In this document: positions 28,679-38,889 of the stretch, piece after piece
Position numbering within the stretch: position 1 is the first letter of the stretch
How the letters are laid out: every line of letters starts with the position of its first letter
From: an uncultured bacterium
Lineage (GTDB): Bacteria; Zixibacteria; MSB-5A5; UBA10806
Assembly (NCBI GenBank): GCA_965541585.1
Contig: CBEUCH010000001.1
Span: forward strand, 393,460 to 457,459
Direction: 5' to 3'
DNA length: 64,000 nt
Notes under the pieces: model-generated
The model's input: only the letters and a program-made list of their open reading frames with translations
What the model was told of the DNA's origin: nothing
The model's database searches: none
Program-made: the position numbers and the translations under genes

Positions 28679-30505
28679 TTAACCGTCAAAAAATACTCTT
28701 CTGAACTTCCGAAATGCCTGGACTATGAAGAATAGCAGGATGGTTGAGAACAACAGGGCAACGTAAAGCATAATTTGCCCAATATTGGGTCTGGCGAAAG
28801 GACCGACCGGGGAGATTGTTGCGCAGCTGGTTGGCGGGGGGAGCATGCAGCCGTCGAGAGCTTTGCATGCATTCACCCTGCCGTGCCCGAATTTGTTATC
28901 GAAGCCCGGGGGCCCGAGGTCATCCGCTGTGGTTTGAAGCCGGTTTCTGACTTTAGTCGGACTCCATCCGGGATTTTGAGATAAAAGCAGGGCGGCAACT
29001 CCGGCCACGATCGGCGTGGCGCTGGAAGTCCCGTTAAATTTGGAAAAGTAGTTGCCGTTGCTATATCCTGCCGTTCCGGAAATATCAGTAGTGTAAATAT
29101 GGACACCGGGGGCAGCAACACTGATCTGCGGACCGAAATTGCTTCCCCACCACCATTCACCGTCGGCGCTGGTTTTGGTTTTTAACTTATCCCACTCGTT
29201 GGTAGCGCTGACGGTAATTATCACTTTACTCGACGACAGGTAAGCCGGGTATGACACCGGCCCGGCATCATTGCCGGCAGCGAATACGACGACGCGGTTG
29301 TTGGTAATGGCATAATCTATGGCCGAGTTGATGGCCGAAGAGGGGTAACCTCCTCCCCAGCTGTTGCTGAGAACCTTGGCGCCACGATCCACTGCCGTGC
29401 GAATACCGTCTTCAATAATTGAGTTGGACGTGATCCAATCCCCGCCATCGTAGTTACTGTAAGCAATCCTGACCGGCATGATTTTCGTTTTCCACCCGGT
29501 TCCGGCAACGCCCTTATTGTTATTTGTGATTGCGGCGGCTATCCCGGCGCAGGCCGTACCATGCCCATCCCAGGATTTGGGCTGTTGATTATTATCACCA
29601 TCTGTCGCATCGTATGGAGTTACGATCTTGTTTTGCAGATCTTCATGATTTGTATCGACGCCTTCATCTATGATTGCGACTATGATACTGGCGGATCCCT
29701 TATCGATATCCCAGGCCTCCGGAGCATCTATGTCTGCGTCGGCTATCCCGACTGCACCGGTGTTGTTTAGATACCACTGTTTCGAAAACAGAGGATCGGA
29801 TGGGGTTACCATCGGTGACGGCGTCAGCGCCCCCTCGGGCTCCATGCCTTCTTCCTCAATTTCCGGACGTTTCGGAACGATTCGAATAAAATTGGGTTCC
29901 GAAAATTCCACCAGGGCATCCTGATGATATTGGTTGGAAATGGCAAGCGCTTCCCTCGCGGATTTGCCCGGGAATCTCACGGTATATCTGTTGGCGATCT
30001 TGTCGTGTTTTTCGATTATCTCCGCATTCCTGCTACTGAGGGATCGATTGATGCTCTCCTCGGAGGCATCAGGCGTGAATTGAATAATAAACTCGTTTGT
30101 GAGAACCTGATCAACGTCCCCGATTGAATACACCGGGTTTGGTGATTCTACTTCCTCCTTTGCACTCATAATATCCATTGCTGCCTTAAAAGAGCTTGGC
30201 CCCACGCCTTCTCCTATCTCTACAAGTACTATACCGTATTTTTCCAGGACGGGTGACTCCCTGACTATGCCAACAGCGCCTGAGTCAATAGTTGCCTTCA
30301 GAGATTGCACACCTGCCGCATCTATCGCCGGAGCGACTTTCAGGGCCATGTATTTCTGGGAAACAGCCAGTTCAATTCTTTGCCCGTCAACAACATAATA
30401 ATCTGTTCCGGTCTCCTGCCCTCTGGCATTTTCAAAGAGCCCGATGCTCAAAATAGATGCCAGCAGGATTGATAACATCATTTCAAAGTTCTTACAGATT
30501 CTCAT
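28679..30505 (-). CDS. Secreted S8 (subtilase) serine protease with C-terminal Cys/TM/basic anchor
   Basis: Signal peptide, pro-domain, triad IIDEG / HGTACAG / GTSSATP, AAGN; tail ..GCMLPPPTSC.. then hydrophobic helix then RKFRR. Confidence 0.92.
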   Translation of the reverse strand: MRICKNFEMMLSILLASILSIGLFENARGQETGTDYYVVDGQRIELAVSQKYMALKVAPAIDAAGVQSLKATIDSGAVGIVRESPVLEKYGIVLVEIGEGVGPSSFKAAMDIMSAKEEVESPNPVYSIGDVDQVLTNEFIIQFTPDASEESINRSLSSRNAEIIEKHDKIANRYTVRFPGKSAREALAISNQYHQDALVEFSEPNFIRIVPKRPEIEEEGMEPEGALTPSPMVTPSDPLFSKQWYLNNTGAVGIADADIDAPEAWDIDKGSASIIVAIIDEGVDTNHEDLQNKIVTPYDATDGDNNQQPKSWDGHGTACAGIAAAITNNNKGVAGTGWKTKIMPVRIAYSNYDGGDWITSNSIIEDGIRTAVDRGAKVLSNSWGGGYPSSAINSAIDYAITNNRVVVFAAGNDAGPVSYPAYLSSSKVIITVSATNEWDKLKTKTSADGEWWWGSNFGPQISVAAPGVHIYTTDISGTAGYSNGNYFSKFNGTSSATPIVAGVAALLLSQNPGWSPTKVRNRLQTTADDLGPPGFDNKFGHGRVNACKALDGCMLPPPTSCATISPVGPFARPNIGQIMLYVALLFSTILLFFIVQAFRKFRRVFFDG

Positions 30506-31104
30506 TTTCTCTCTCCCCCTTGGTTGGGATGAAACAGATATCCTCTATCCTCAAATTGCGCCTCAAAAAGGGATTTTCTCAAATTATCAAGTTGCTCTCC
30601 TTTCCTGAAAGATGAAGTTAGAGGTTCAGATCTTATTTTTTCCAGCCTGTTGTTCTCAATGTGCTGCACAAGATGTATTTCTGATGCAACATGTATTGCC
30701 AATATCATTATCTTGTGACAATTAAAGGATCGCTGAATCATATGCAATACTAAAAAAATGCTTAGACAATGCGTAGGGTATCATACGCATTTAGGTGCTT
30801 TTCTCTTACTGGGAAAAGGATTTGCTGATCAGATAGTCCGATGCGGCGGAGCCCATATACAAGAATTCGGCGTTGGATTCCGGACAAGCAGAGCATCTAA
30901 TCGAACCGTCGGCCTTTGTAACCACTGCAAAGACCATGGGGAAGTTCGATCGGGAGTCGGCTGCTCGAACGATTAGATTAGGAGCAGGTCGTGTATTCGT
31001 GACAATGGTAGTGTCAAGATCCACACGGTTCTCAATGATCAGCCTTCGGCCGGAACGAATTTAATCCTATATACGATAACCGATTATGGGCACCTAAAAA
31101 AAGT

Positions 31105-31133
31105 TTGCCGATGGCACAGAATTAGCGTAAAAT
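31105..31133 (+). promoter_or_regulatory. Putative promoter of the SBP-HK-RR operon
   Basis: TTGCCG-17 bp-TAAAAT (sigma70-like); the spacer also holds TGGCAC-N5-TAGC (GG-N10-GC, sigma54-like). Confidence 0.45.
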
Positions 31134-31176
31134 AGATTGCAGACCATAAATTATCGCCAGCAAAGATGAGAGGCGG

Positions 31177-32943
31177 ATGAAAAAGCATTTAATCTTGGTG
31201 ATTCTTCTATGCGGCCGCAGCCTGGTTATGGCGGGGACGCAGGACTATGTCAAATGTGATGTGATCTATATGAGGCCCAATGTGCTCTATTTTAACGCCG
31301 GGGGATCTGACGGCGTGGCAGCAGGTGAATCCTTCGAGATCCTGTATGATGAGAGACTGGTGGCAATAGGCAAGATAGACTGGGCCGATAAGAACATATC
31401 GAGGTCAGAGGAACTGGATTCCACGATTTTCGCAGAAATCTACTTTTACGACGATCTCAAGGCAAGAATCAACCTCTTCGCTCCTCAGGCTAACCGTGGG
31501 GGATTCATCAATATACCGTATTTTTCAGATCTGAGTCTCGAACCATCCACCATAAATACGGTCGACGAGAAAACAGTGGGGAGATTGATCCACAGGGGCT
31601 TGCTGGCTAAAGACGGAAACAGTGATATCGTTCCGGATCTGGCAGGTGTTTACGAAGTCAGGGCGTTAACCTATACATTTTACCTAAGACCCGATGCCAG
31701 GTTTCATTCAGGCAAGCCGGTGGAGGCAACCGACGTGGCTTATTCTCTGGAGCAACTCGCCCTCTCGCCAAAATTAACTGCGGCTTCGTGTTTTGTTTTA
31801 GGAATTAAAGGGGCAACAGAGTTCCGCCACAGGATAACAAATGAGATTTCCGGCTTATTCTTAATAAATAAGAAAACGATCTCAATAACATTGAAGCAAC
31901 CCTTTCCCGCATTCGAGGAATACCTGGCAGGGCCGGCCGGTTATATAATACCCCGGCCGGGGTTGGCGATGCCGGGAGGAAACATCCTTGGTGCGGGAAC
32001 ATACAGGATCAAGTGGCGCAACCCCGATGGCTTTACCCTCGGGAGATACGCCTCCGATGCCGCTGCAGGATTTCTGGACAGCATCCGTTTCCTCAGATTT
32101 CCCGGCGTGGAGGAGGCAGCGCTGGCTTTCGAGCTCGGCCGGCTGGATTTGATGTCGGCGCTGGGTTCGCCACCGCCAAAATTCATTTCCAGGGAAGAGC
32201 ATACATCGATGCTAACGAAATCGTTCTGCTCCGTGGTGCTTGGCGTCAACGGCAGACGAGATTTTCAGAAAAATCAGGCGTTTTCCAAGGCGTTATCATT
32301 TATGCTCGATCGCGAGACTACTATTAGAGTTATACTTGGCGGTTCTGCGAGGATTCCTGAAAGTCCAATCCCGGGATTCGGGTCGGGTGGCGAAATGGAC
32401 TTCAGCTTTGATCCGGATTCCGTCGATTATTATCTTAACTCAATTGAAAAACTACCGACGGTTGTCACTCTCTATACGGATTCTCATTACCCGGCCCTGG
32501 AGAACGTCGCTCGATATATTACAGGGCAATTGCGAAACAGGGGCATTCGCGTTGAAGAGAGAAAAACCGATCTTTCTTTTCTGGAGGAGGTCGATGCAGG
32601 TTCCCGGATCGATCTATACCTCGATTACTTCAATCCCGTCTCAGATGACCCGGATTGTCTAACTTATCCACTCTACAGCCTCAGGCTGTCGGGACAGACG
32701 AATTTCCTGTATTATGATGATGACGCATTCCAGACGTTCCTTGATAAGCTTCGTATTGAAACTGACATCGAGAGACGAAACAGCATAGCTCATGGATTAG
32801 CGCAATCTCTGGCCAAAGATCCGCCGGCGGTTATATTATACCAGCCACATCTGATTACGATTGTGAAAGCGGACATTTCCGGGTTCATACCTCTGGAGGA
32901 GGGCTTCTTAGATTTGCGCGGGACCTTCATAGAGTCTGAATGA
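31177..32943 (+). CDS. ABC-type family 5 (peptide/nickel) solute-binding protein with extra N-terminal domain
   Basis: Signal peptide; VPDLA, YTFYLRPDARFHSGKPVEATDVAYSLE, GAGTY, AFELGRLD. Confidence 0.8.
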   Translation: MKKHLILVILLCGRSLVMAGTQDYVKCDVIYMRPNVLYFNAGGSDGVAAGESFEILYDERLVAIGKIDWADKNISRSEELDSTIFAEIYFYDDLKARINLFAPQANRGGFINIPYFSDLSLEPSTINTVDEKTVGRLIHRGLLAKDGNSDIVPDLAGVYEVRALTYTFYLRPDARFHSGKPVEATDVAYSLEQLALSPKLTAASCFVLGIKGATEFRHRITNEISGLFLINKKTISITLKQPFPAFEEYLAGPAGYIIPRPGLAMPGGNILGAGTYRIKWRNPDGFTLGRYASDAAAGFLDSIRFLRFPGVEEAALAFELGRLDLMSALGSPPPKFISREEHTSMLTKSFCSVVLGVNGRRDFQKNQAFSKALSFMLDRETTIRVILGGSARIPESPIPGFGSGGEMDFSFDPDSVDYYLNSIEKLPTVVTLYTDSHYPALENVARYITGQLRNRGIRVEERKTDLSFLEEVDAGSRIDLYLDYFNPVSDDPDCLTYPLYSLRLSGQTNFLYYDDDAFQTFLDKLRIETDIERRNSIAHGLAQSLAKDPPAVILYQPHLITIVKADISGFIPLEEGFLDLRGTFIESE

Positions 32944-34685
32944 TGAGACTTAAAAGACGAATAATACTCCTCTTAATAGTAGCCGCAGTATTGCCATTGT
33001 TTGCCGTGTTTGTCTCTCTGGCGGTGTATGCCAATAAGCAACGGGATTCGCTGGTCGAAATGAAATTGAACAGCGTATATGGCGGTGCGGTCAGCTTGTA
33101 TGAAAGGCAGGGGGCGGCCATTCTCTCTCAGATGAGCCACCTGGCGGAGGATCCCGGGCTAATGCGATACCTTCTGGTCAAAGACAGAAACGGATTTATC
33201 GACCAGCAGGGACTGATCGATCTTACGGTGAAGATGAAAAACCTTCTCAACCTTGATTTCTTAACGGTTGTGGCTCCCGGCGGTTTGGTTGTGGCTCGCG
33301 GACATGATCCGGGCTTGTTTGGAGATTTCGTTTCGACCGATCCTGTTTTTATGGAGGCCCTGAAGGGGCAGAAAGTCCAGTCGCTGGATAAGGTTTCATA
33401 CGCCGGGAGCGAATTTTTAATCTCTATGGGTATAGCTCCTATCTGGTATGAGAACAGAGAGATGATCGGAGTGGTCGCTGGCGGCGAATATCTCGACGAT
33501 GAATTCTGCAGAAACCTCCAGGTTCTTTCAGGGGCCGAAATTCTCTTGGTCGAAGGCAACAATCTGCTTGCCAAAACGATACCGGGAAGAGCAGACGAGC
33601 TTTTGATCTATCTACAGGACAAGAAACAGTTTCGCACGAAAGTCGAGGGTTTCTGGTATACTTTCTCGCGGTATCCACTTCTGGATTTCTCGGGAAATAA
33701 GGTCGCCGATCTTCTTATGGGCGTATCGACACATGATCTCGATATACTCTTCGGCAATATGCGCCTGATCTACGGCGGTTTTGCCATAGGAGGACTTATT
33801 CTGGCGGTGATATTCGGCTATTTTTTTGCAATAGGATTTACACGACCCATATACAAGCTTACCTGGGTTGCCGACCGCCTGGCAGACGGCGACTTTTCTG
33901 CAAGAGTGAATTACAATGGCCGTGGTGAGCTTGGCAATTTAATCGATACTTTTAACAAGATGGCCGCCGATTTAGAAGATTACCGCAATAAGATCGTGGA
34001 GACAGAGAGGCTTTCCGCATTCACCATGATGGCGCGTAAGGTGGCACATGAAATCAAAAATCCCCTGACTCCCATCAGGATCGCAGTCGAGGATCTCAGG
34101 CGGGCGTTTACTAAAGCCGATTCGAAATTCGCAGAGGATTTCGACCGCTCCACCACAACAGTCCTTCAGGAGGTGCAGTCGCTTTCGAAGATCGTGGAGG
34201 AATTTTCTGAATTCGCTAAATTTCCTCCGCCTGTACTTGCGCCCGATGATTTAAACAAGATTGTAGAAGCCACCCTCTCCCTTTACGGAAAAGAACTGGA
34301 CGAGGGCACGCTCAAGGCCGATCTATCATCGAAACCGATTCCGGTGTTCGCAGACAGAAACCAGATCAAGAGAGCAGCCTTGAACCTCATCAAAAATAGT
34401 CTTGAAGCTATTCCTCCCCGAGGACATGTTACCCTCAGAACATTTTCGTCGGATCGGACCGCGACTCTGATAATTGCCGACAATGGCCCGGGGTTATCGA
34501 TTCAGGCCAGGGAAAACCTCTTTAGTCCCTACTTCACGACGAAGCCGGGGGGGTCGGGGTTAGGATTGGTGATTGTCAAAAAAATAGTCAGCGAACATGA
34601 AGGCCGGATAAAGATCGGCAGCTCAACCGAGGGCGGCACCGCAGCGATCCTGGAACTTCCTCTGCGAAAAGACCGTCCACAATGA
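32940..34685 (+). CDS. Membrane sensor histidine kinase (Cache-HAMP-HisKA-HATPase, NtrY-like)
   Basis: Two TM helices, HAMP, H-box VAHEIKNPLTPI, NLIKNS, DNGPG, FTTKPGGSGLGL. Confidence 0.92.
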   Translation: MMRLKRRIILLLIVAAVLPLFAVFVSLAVYANKQRDSLVEMKLNSVYGGAVSLYERQGAAILSQMSHLAEDPGLMRYLLVKDRNGFIDQQGLIDLTVKMKNLLNLDFLTVVAPGGLVVARGHDPGLFGDFVSTDPVFMEALKGQKVQSLDKVSYAGSEFLISMGIAPIWYENREMIGVVAGGEYLDDEFCRNLQVLSGAEILLVEGNNLLAKTIPGRADELLIYLQDKKQFRTKVEGFWYTFSRYPLLDFSGNKVADLLMGVSTHDLDILFGNMRLIYGGFAIGGLILAVIFGYFFAIGFTRPIYKLTWVADRLADGDFSARVNYNGRGELGNLIDTFNKMAADLEDYRNKIVETERLSAFTMMARKVAHEIKNPLTPIRIAVEDLRRAFTKADSKFAEDFDRSTTTVLQEVQSLSKIVEEFSEFAKFPPPVLAPDDLNKIVEATLSLYGKELDEGTLKADLSSKPIPVFADRNQIKRAALNLIKNSLEAIPPRGHVTLRTFSSDRTATLIIADNGPGLSIQARENLFSPYFTTKPGGSGLGLVIVKKIVSEHEGRIKIGSSTEGGTAAILELPLRKDRPQ

Positions 34686-34707
34686 AGCCATAAATAAGGA
34701 GATCCTT

Positions 34708-36081
34708 TTGAGAATTCTCATTGTCGATGATGAACCTAACATACTTTCGTCGGTTGGTTCGGCATTGAAGCGTTCGGGTCATGAGGTGACAACGGCGGGA
34801 TCTTTCGCGGAGGCCAGGGGAATCCTGGATGATTCGATCGACGTTGCCCTGCTGGACGTGTGGCTGGGAGACGGAGACGGTATCGAGCTTCTATCGATAA
34901 TAAAGAAAAAGATTCCACATGTTGAGTGCGTGATGATCTCCGGGCATGCTGAGATCGAGACTGCTGTCACTGCCGTGAAATCAGGTGCTTACGATTTTCT
35001 TGAAAAGCCTCTTTCCCTGGAAAAGATCGATGTTATCCTAAGCAACATATCGCGCCTTAAAAGGCTTGAGACCGAGAGGAATGATCTCCGCCAGCTTCTC
35101 GTCGATGATGGTCGCCTTATCGGTCAATCAAGAGCCATTCGGGAATTGGAAAAGGCTGTTAAACGGGTAGCGCCGGAGGATTCGCGGATATTGATTACAG
35201 GCGAGAACGGTACCGGTAAGGAGCTTGTGGCCCGAATGATACACGAACTATCCCTTAAGAGCGAGGGGCCGTTTGTGGCTGTCAACTGCGCGGCCCTGCC
35301 TGATGATCTGATAGAATCGGAACTTTTCGGATACGAGAAAGGAGCTTTTACGGGTGCGGTGAGATCGAAACCAGGGCGGTTCGAGATGGCTGCGGGAGGG
35401 ACCTTATTCTTGGATGAGATCGCGGAGACGTCCTCCAGAACCCAGGCTAAGCTCTTGCGAGCAGTCGAAGAGGGCACGTTCACTCATCTGGGAGGGACGG
35501 CTGAGATCAGATCCGACGCCAGGTTGATAGCGGCTTCGAATAAGAATCTCAAACAGGTAGTAGCCGACGGTAAATTTCGTGAAGATCTGTTTTATCGTCT
35601 GGCGGTGCTACCGATCGAGATTCCCCCGTTGCGAGAGAGACGGGAGGACATTCCGCTATTAGTCGAATATTTCTCAGAAAGGTTCTGCCGCCGGAGAGGG
35701 CGTCCGGCGAAGAGGTTCAGCAAATCTACCATGGATTTGTTCGTGAAATATTCCTATCCCGGAAATATCCGGGAGCTGGCCAATTATGTCGAAAGAATTG
35801 CAATAATGTCGGAATCTGAGACTATCGACTCGGCGGAGATTGAAAATCTGCTTCCACATCTCGTGGGAGGGGGACCGTGCGGCACGCTAAAGATTGCGTC
35901 CGAGCAATTCGAGCGAGATTATATAAAAAAGACAATTACCGGTGCCGGAAGCAATATGACCAGGGCTGCCGAGATATTAGGTCTTGAACGCAGCCATCTT
36001 TATAAAAAGATGAAGGCCCTGGGCATGGAACACAAGGGCAGGCAGGGGGGTGTCAATGATCGGCAGGATTGCCGGGAATGA
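34708..36081 (+). CDS. sigma54-dependent response regulator (NtrX/NtrC-like)
   Basis: Receiver (IVDDE, LLDVWL), GENGTGKE, GAFTGA, FLDEI, Fis-type HTH. Confidence 0.93.
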   Translation: MRILIVDDEPNILSSVGSALKRSGHEVTTAGSFAEARGILDDSIDVALLDVWLGDGDGIELLSIIKKKIPHVECVMISGHAEIETAVTAVKSGAYDFLEKPLSLEKIDVILSNISRLKRLETERNDLRQLLVDDGRLIGQSRAIRELEKAVKRVAPEDSRILITGENGTGKELVARMIHELSLKSEGPFVAVNCAALPDDLIESELFGYEKGAFTGAVRSKPGRFEMAAGGTLFLDEIAETSSRTQAKLLRAVEEGTFTHLGGTAEIRSDARLIAASNKNLKQVVADGKFREDLFYRLAVLPIEIPPLRERREDIPLLVEYFSERFCRRRGRPAKRFSKSTMDLFVKYSYPGNIRELANYVERIAIMSESETIDSAEIENLLPHLVGGGPCGTLKIASEQFERDYIKKTITGAGSNMTRAAEILGLERSHLYKKMKALGMEHKGRQGGVNDRQDCRE

Positions 36082-36173
36082 TCTCTTTTTATTTCCAGAA
36101 CAAGATTGATTACGGCATCAGGCGGTCTGGCCCTGGAATAATGACTTGACATGGAAAGCAATATTATTATTTA

Positions 36174-36773
36174 TTGTCCTGGGAGGACGGTATCCGGCCC
36201 CTGATCAGAGTGGTTACCGGTCTGGGTAATCCGGGGCGGGATTCTGAGCGAACGAGGCACAACCTCGGTTTTGAGGTTGTTGATTTTTTAAAGGGGAAAT
36301 CGGAATTCGCAGCAGGCGAGGGGGACTTTTACCGTTGCGATACGGTTATTTCCTCTGTAAAGATAGTTCTTTTAAAACCGACCACATTTATGAACCGTTC
36401 CGGGATCGCCATCCGGCAGATAATCGCGGCCGAGGGTCTTTCACCGAACGAAGTTCTGGTGATCGCCGATGATTTCAATCTGCCCCTGGGGAGGATAAGG
36501 CTCAGGATTTCGGGTTCTGACGGCGGTCACAACGGACTGGCCTCGGTAATCTACCAGCTCGGTACGGAGGATCTCCCGCGCATCAGGCTGGGGATCGGGC
36601 CGGTGCCCGAGAGTGTTCCTTCAGAGGATTTTGTTCTGGAGAAGTTTAAACCGGGCGAGGTGGCCTCGGCTCAGAGAATGGTGGAGCGAGCTGCGAATGC
36701 CGTTTCTACCTGGCTGGAGCAAGGATTTGAAAAGTCGGCGTCCATATTCAACCTGGCGCCTGTTGATAACTGA
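36174..36773 (+). CDS. pth: Peptidyl-tRNA hydrolase
   Basis: GLGNPG, TRHNLGF, KPTTFMNRSG, GGHNGL, RIRLGIG. Confidence 0.95.
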   Translation: MSWEDGIRPLIRVVTGLGNPGRDSERTRHNLGFEVVDFLKGKSEFAAGEGDFYRCDTVISSVKIVLLKPTTFMNRSGIAIRQIIAAEGLSPNEVLVIADDFNLPLGRIRLRISGSDGGHNGLASVIYQLGTEDLPRIRLGIGPVPESVPSEDFVLEKFKPGEVASAQRMVERAANAVSTWLEQGFEKSASIFNLAPVDN

Positions 36774-36788
36774 AGACGCGTAGCGCGT

Positions 36789-36854
36789 TTCCCTACCCCG
36801 CCGCTTACTTGTGGTAGCTGCGGCCGGGGTCTTGAAAGTCCAAAGGGAGGTAGC
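36789..36854 (+). ncRNA. S6:S18 ribosomal protein leader (autoregulatory cis-element)
   Basis: TTCCCT (36789) can pair with the RBS AGGGAG (36844), enclosing a GC stem ACCCCG-CCGC...GCGG-C-CGGGGT; ends CCAAAGGGAGG just before the rpsF ATG. Confidence 0.7.
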
Positions 36855-37217
36855 ATGAGGCTCTACGAGCTTACCCTGATCATTGATTCATCCTTGGATG
36901 AATCCACCATACAAACTGAAATCGAAAAGATCGAAACTCGTATTACAGATTCTGGCGGGAAGATCCACCGGCTTGACCGTTGGGGTTTGAAGCGGCTTGC
37001 GTACGAGATTAAAAAGCACACCCAGGGGTATTATGTTTTCTTCCTGTTTGAAGCTGATCCCGGTCTAACTACTGAAATAGAGAAGAATCTAAAACTCAGC
37101 GAAAACATTCTCCGCTACCTGACTATTCTTTCACCTTCCGAGGTTCCTGCTGCGAAGAAATCCGAAGAGACAGGAGAAACCGGCCAACCTGATGAAACTG
37201 CGCCGGTACGGGAATAA
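36855..37217 (+). CDS. rpsF: 30S ribosomal protein S6
   Basis: MRLYEL, WGLKRLAYEIKK, GYY, ILRY. Confidence 0.97.
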   Translation: MRLYELTLIIDSSLDESTIQTEIEKIETRITDSGGKIHRLDRWGLKRLAYEIKKHTQGYYVFFLFEADPGLTTEIEKNLKLSENILRYLTILSPSEVPAAKKSEETGETGQPDETAPVRE

Positions 37218-37220
37218 ACG

Positions 37221-37631
37221 ATGGCATCTACGAGACTGCCGAACTTGAATCGTGTTATGATAGTGGGCAATCTGACCCGCGACCCGGATCTCAGGGCAAC
37301 TACGTCAGGGGTCCCGGTCATCAATTTCAGGATAGCCTCTAACAGGCGATTCAGGGACAATTCAGGGGAGTGGAGAGAGGATGTCTGCTATGTAGGAGTG
37401 GTAGCCTGGCAAAAACTGGCTGAATCCTGCGCCGCCATGCTCAGAAAGGGAAGCGCCGTGTATATCGAGGGTGAGCTTCGTTCCCGAACGTTCGACAATG
37501 GCGATGGCACTAAGCGTAACCTGCTGGAAATCAGGGCGTACCATATTCAATTCCTCGATAAGGAAGAAAAACCTGATGGAGATATCGGAGATTCCGAATA
37601 CCTTGAATCTGACGAAAACGATTGTAATTGA
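37221..37631 (+). CDS. ssb: Single-stranded DNA-binding protein
   Basis: LNRVMIVGNLTRDPDLR, LRKGSAVYIEGEL; lies between rpsF and rpsR. Confidence 0.95.
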   Translation: MASTRLPNLNRVMIVGNLTRDPDLRATTSGVPVINFRIASNRRFRDNSGEWREDVCYVGVVAWQKLAESCAAMLRKGSAVYIEGELRSRTFDNGDGTKRNLLEIRAYHIQFLDKEEKPDGDIGDSEYLESDENDCN

Positions 37632-37644
37632 ACAGGGAGAATAA

Positions 37645-37869
37645 ATGGAGAGGCGAAGAAGGAAAGTATGCAGATTCTGCGAGCACAAGTCGATGCTTAT
37701 CGACTACAAAGAGGAACGGCTATTAAGGAGGTATGTCACCGAACGGGGGAAGATTATTCCCAGACGGATTTCCGGTAATTGCGCCAAGCACCAGAGAGAA
37801 TTAACCAGGGCCATCAAGCGAGGCCGGATTATAGCGCTATTACCATATACCGCGGCATCGCGCGATTAA
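37645..37869 (+). CDS. rpsR: 30S ribosomal protein S18 (Zn-binding type)
   Basis: [29 protein letters not shown]. Confidence 0.97.
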   Translation: MERRRRKVCRFCEHKSMLIDYKEERLLRRYVTERGKIIPRRISGNCAKHQRELTRAIKRGRIIALLPYTAASRD

Positions 37870-37889
37870 GATTGAAAGGCATTCGACCA

Positions 37890-38876
37890 ATGCGGTCGGT
37901 TGAATACAGGCTCTCGCTCTGGGGCGGAGTTGCTGTCGCTCTCTCCGGCTTGATGTGGGTAACGCCGGGGATAAATGCAATCGCGGCCACGGCAGGGATT
38001 GCCGGGTTAACGCTCGTTATCGCCAGGCTCGGATTTTCAAGGGGATTTCTAACTGCTCTCACGGGAGCCGCCTGGGCGCTTTTGATTTGCTCTTTGACAA
38101 AAGGATATCAAGCTGGATTAGCACTTACTCTGATCTACATTCTGGCCGTCATTGCGCCGGCTTTTATGATGGGATGGGGATCCCGCAAACTGGCGACTCC
38201 TGCAACAACAGTTTCTTACGGCCTGATACCTCCCGGCATACTTCTTGTGTTATTCTTGTTTATCTATCCTGGGATAATTGAGGATTTGCCAGTGCTGATT
38301 GCCGAAATCGATATTGCGCTGAGGTCGATAGTCGAGGCGAGTCCGGAGCTCTCGGGTCTGATAGCAAAACAGTATGCTCCCGCTGACGGTTCGCTGGAGA
38401 GGTTCCTCAAAGAGCTCGGTAAAATGATCGAATTCGTGATGAAGATTGTGCCATCAATAATCATACTGGGGTCTTTAGGCATGATAATGGCCGGGCTGGC
38501 AGTTGCAGGTCCGGTAGCTTCAAGATTGGGGATTATGATTCCCCGTTTCCGACCGTTTTATCTGTGGCGCGTCAGCTGGCATTGGCTTCTACCGACCATT
38601 CTGGGTCTGATAGCTGTGGTCTTTCTAAAAGACGATTTCTGGTTTTACTCAGGTATAAACCTGCTTATCGTAAGCGGTCATGTTTATGCGGTGGTAGGCA
38701 TGGCGATAGTGGAGGCTTTTTTCAAAAGGGTCATGATCCCTGTACCTATCAGAGTGATTTTCTATGCAATTCTGTTGCTATCCAGCGTGTTTGCCCTAAT
38801 ATTCCTGGCGGTACTGGGGCTTGCCGACAGTAAGTTTAACTTCGCAAGAGAGGAAACGGAAAATAAAAACGATTGA
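37890..38876 (+). CDS. DUF2232/YybS family membrane protein
   Basis: Polytopic membrane protein in the conserved rpsR-X-rplI position, ends LGLADSKFNF; likely ATG at 37890. Confidence 0.8.
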   Translation: MRSVEYRLSLWGGVAVALSGLMWVTPGINAIAATAGIAGLTLVIARLGFSRGFLTALTGAAWALLICSLTKGYQAGLALTLIYILAVIAPAFMMGWGSRKLATPATTVSYGLIPPGILLVLFLFIYPGIIEDLPVLIAEIDIALRSIVEASPELSGLIAKQYAPADGSLERFLKELGKMIEFVMKIVPSIIILGSLGMIMAGLAVAGPVASRLGIMIPRFRPFYLWRVSWHWLLPTILGLIAVVFLKDDFWFYSGINLLIVSGHVYAVVGMAIVEAFFKRVMIPVPIRVIFYAILLLSSVFALIFLAVLGLADSKFNFAREETENKND

Positions 38877-38889
38877 TTAAGGGACTAGA

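Noticed and set aside
30683..30703. sigma54-like promoter on the minus strand upstream of the S8 gene (TGGCAATACATGTTGCA)
   Set aside because: GG-to-GC spacing is 11 rather than the required 10.
30806..31024. 72-aa minus-strand ORF followed by a hairpin/T-tract near 30752-30791
   Set aside because: GTG start without a clear RBS and no recognisable motif; may be real but cannot be supported.
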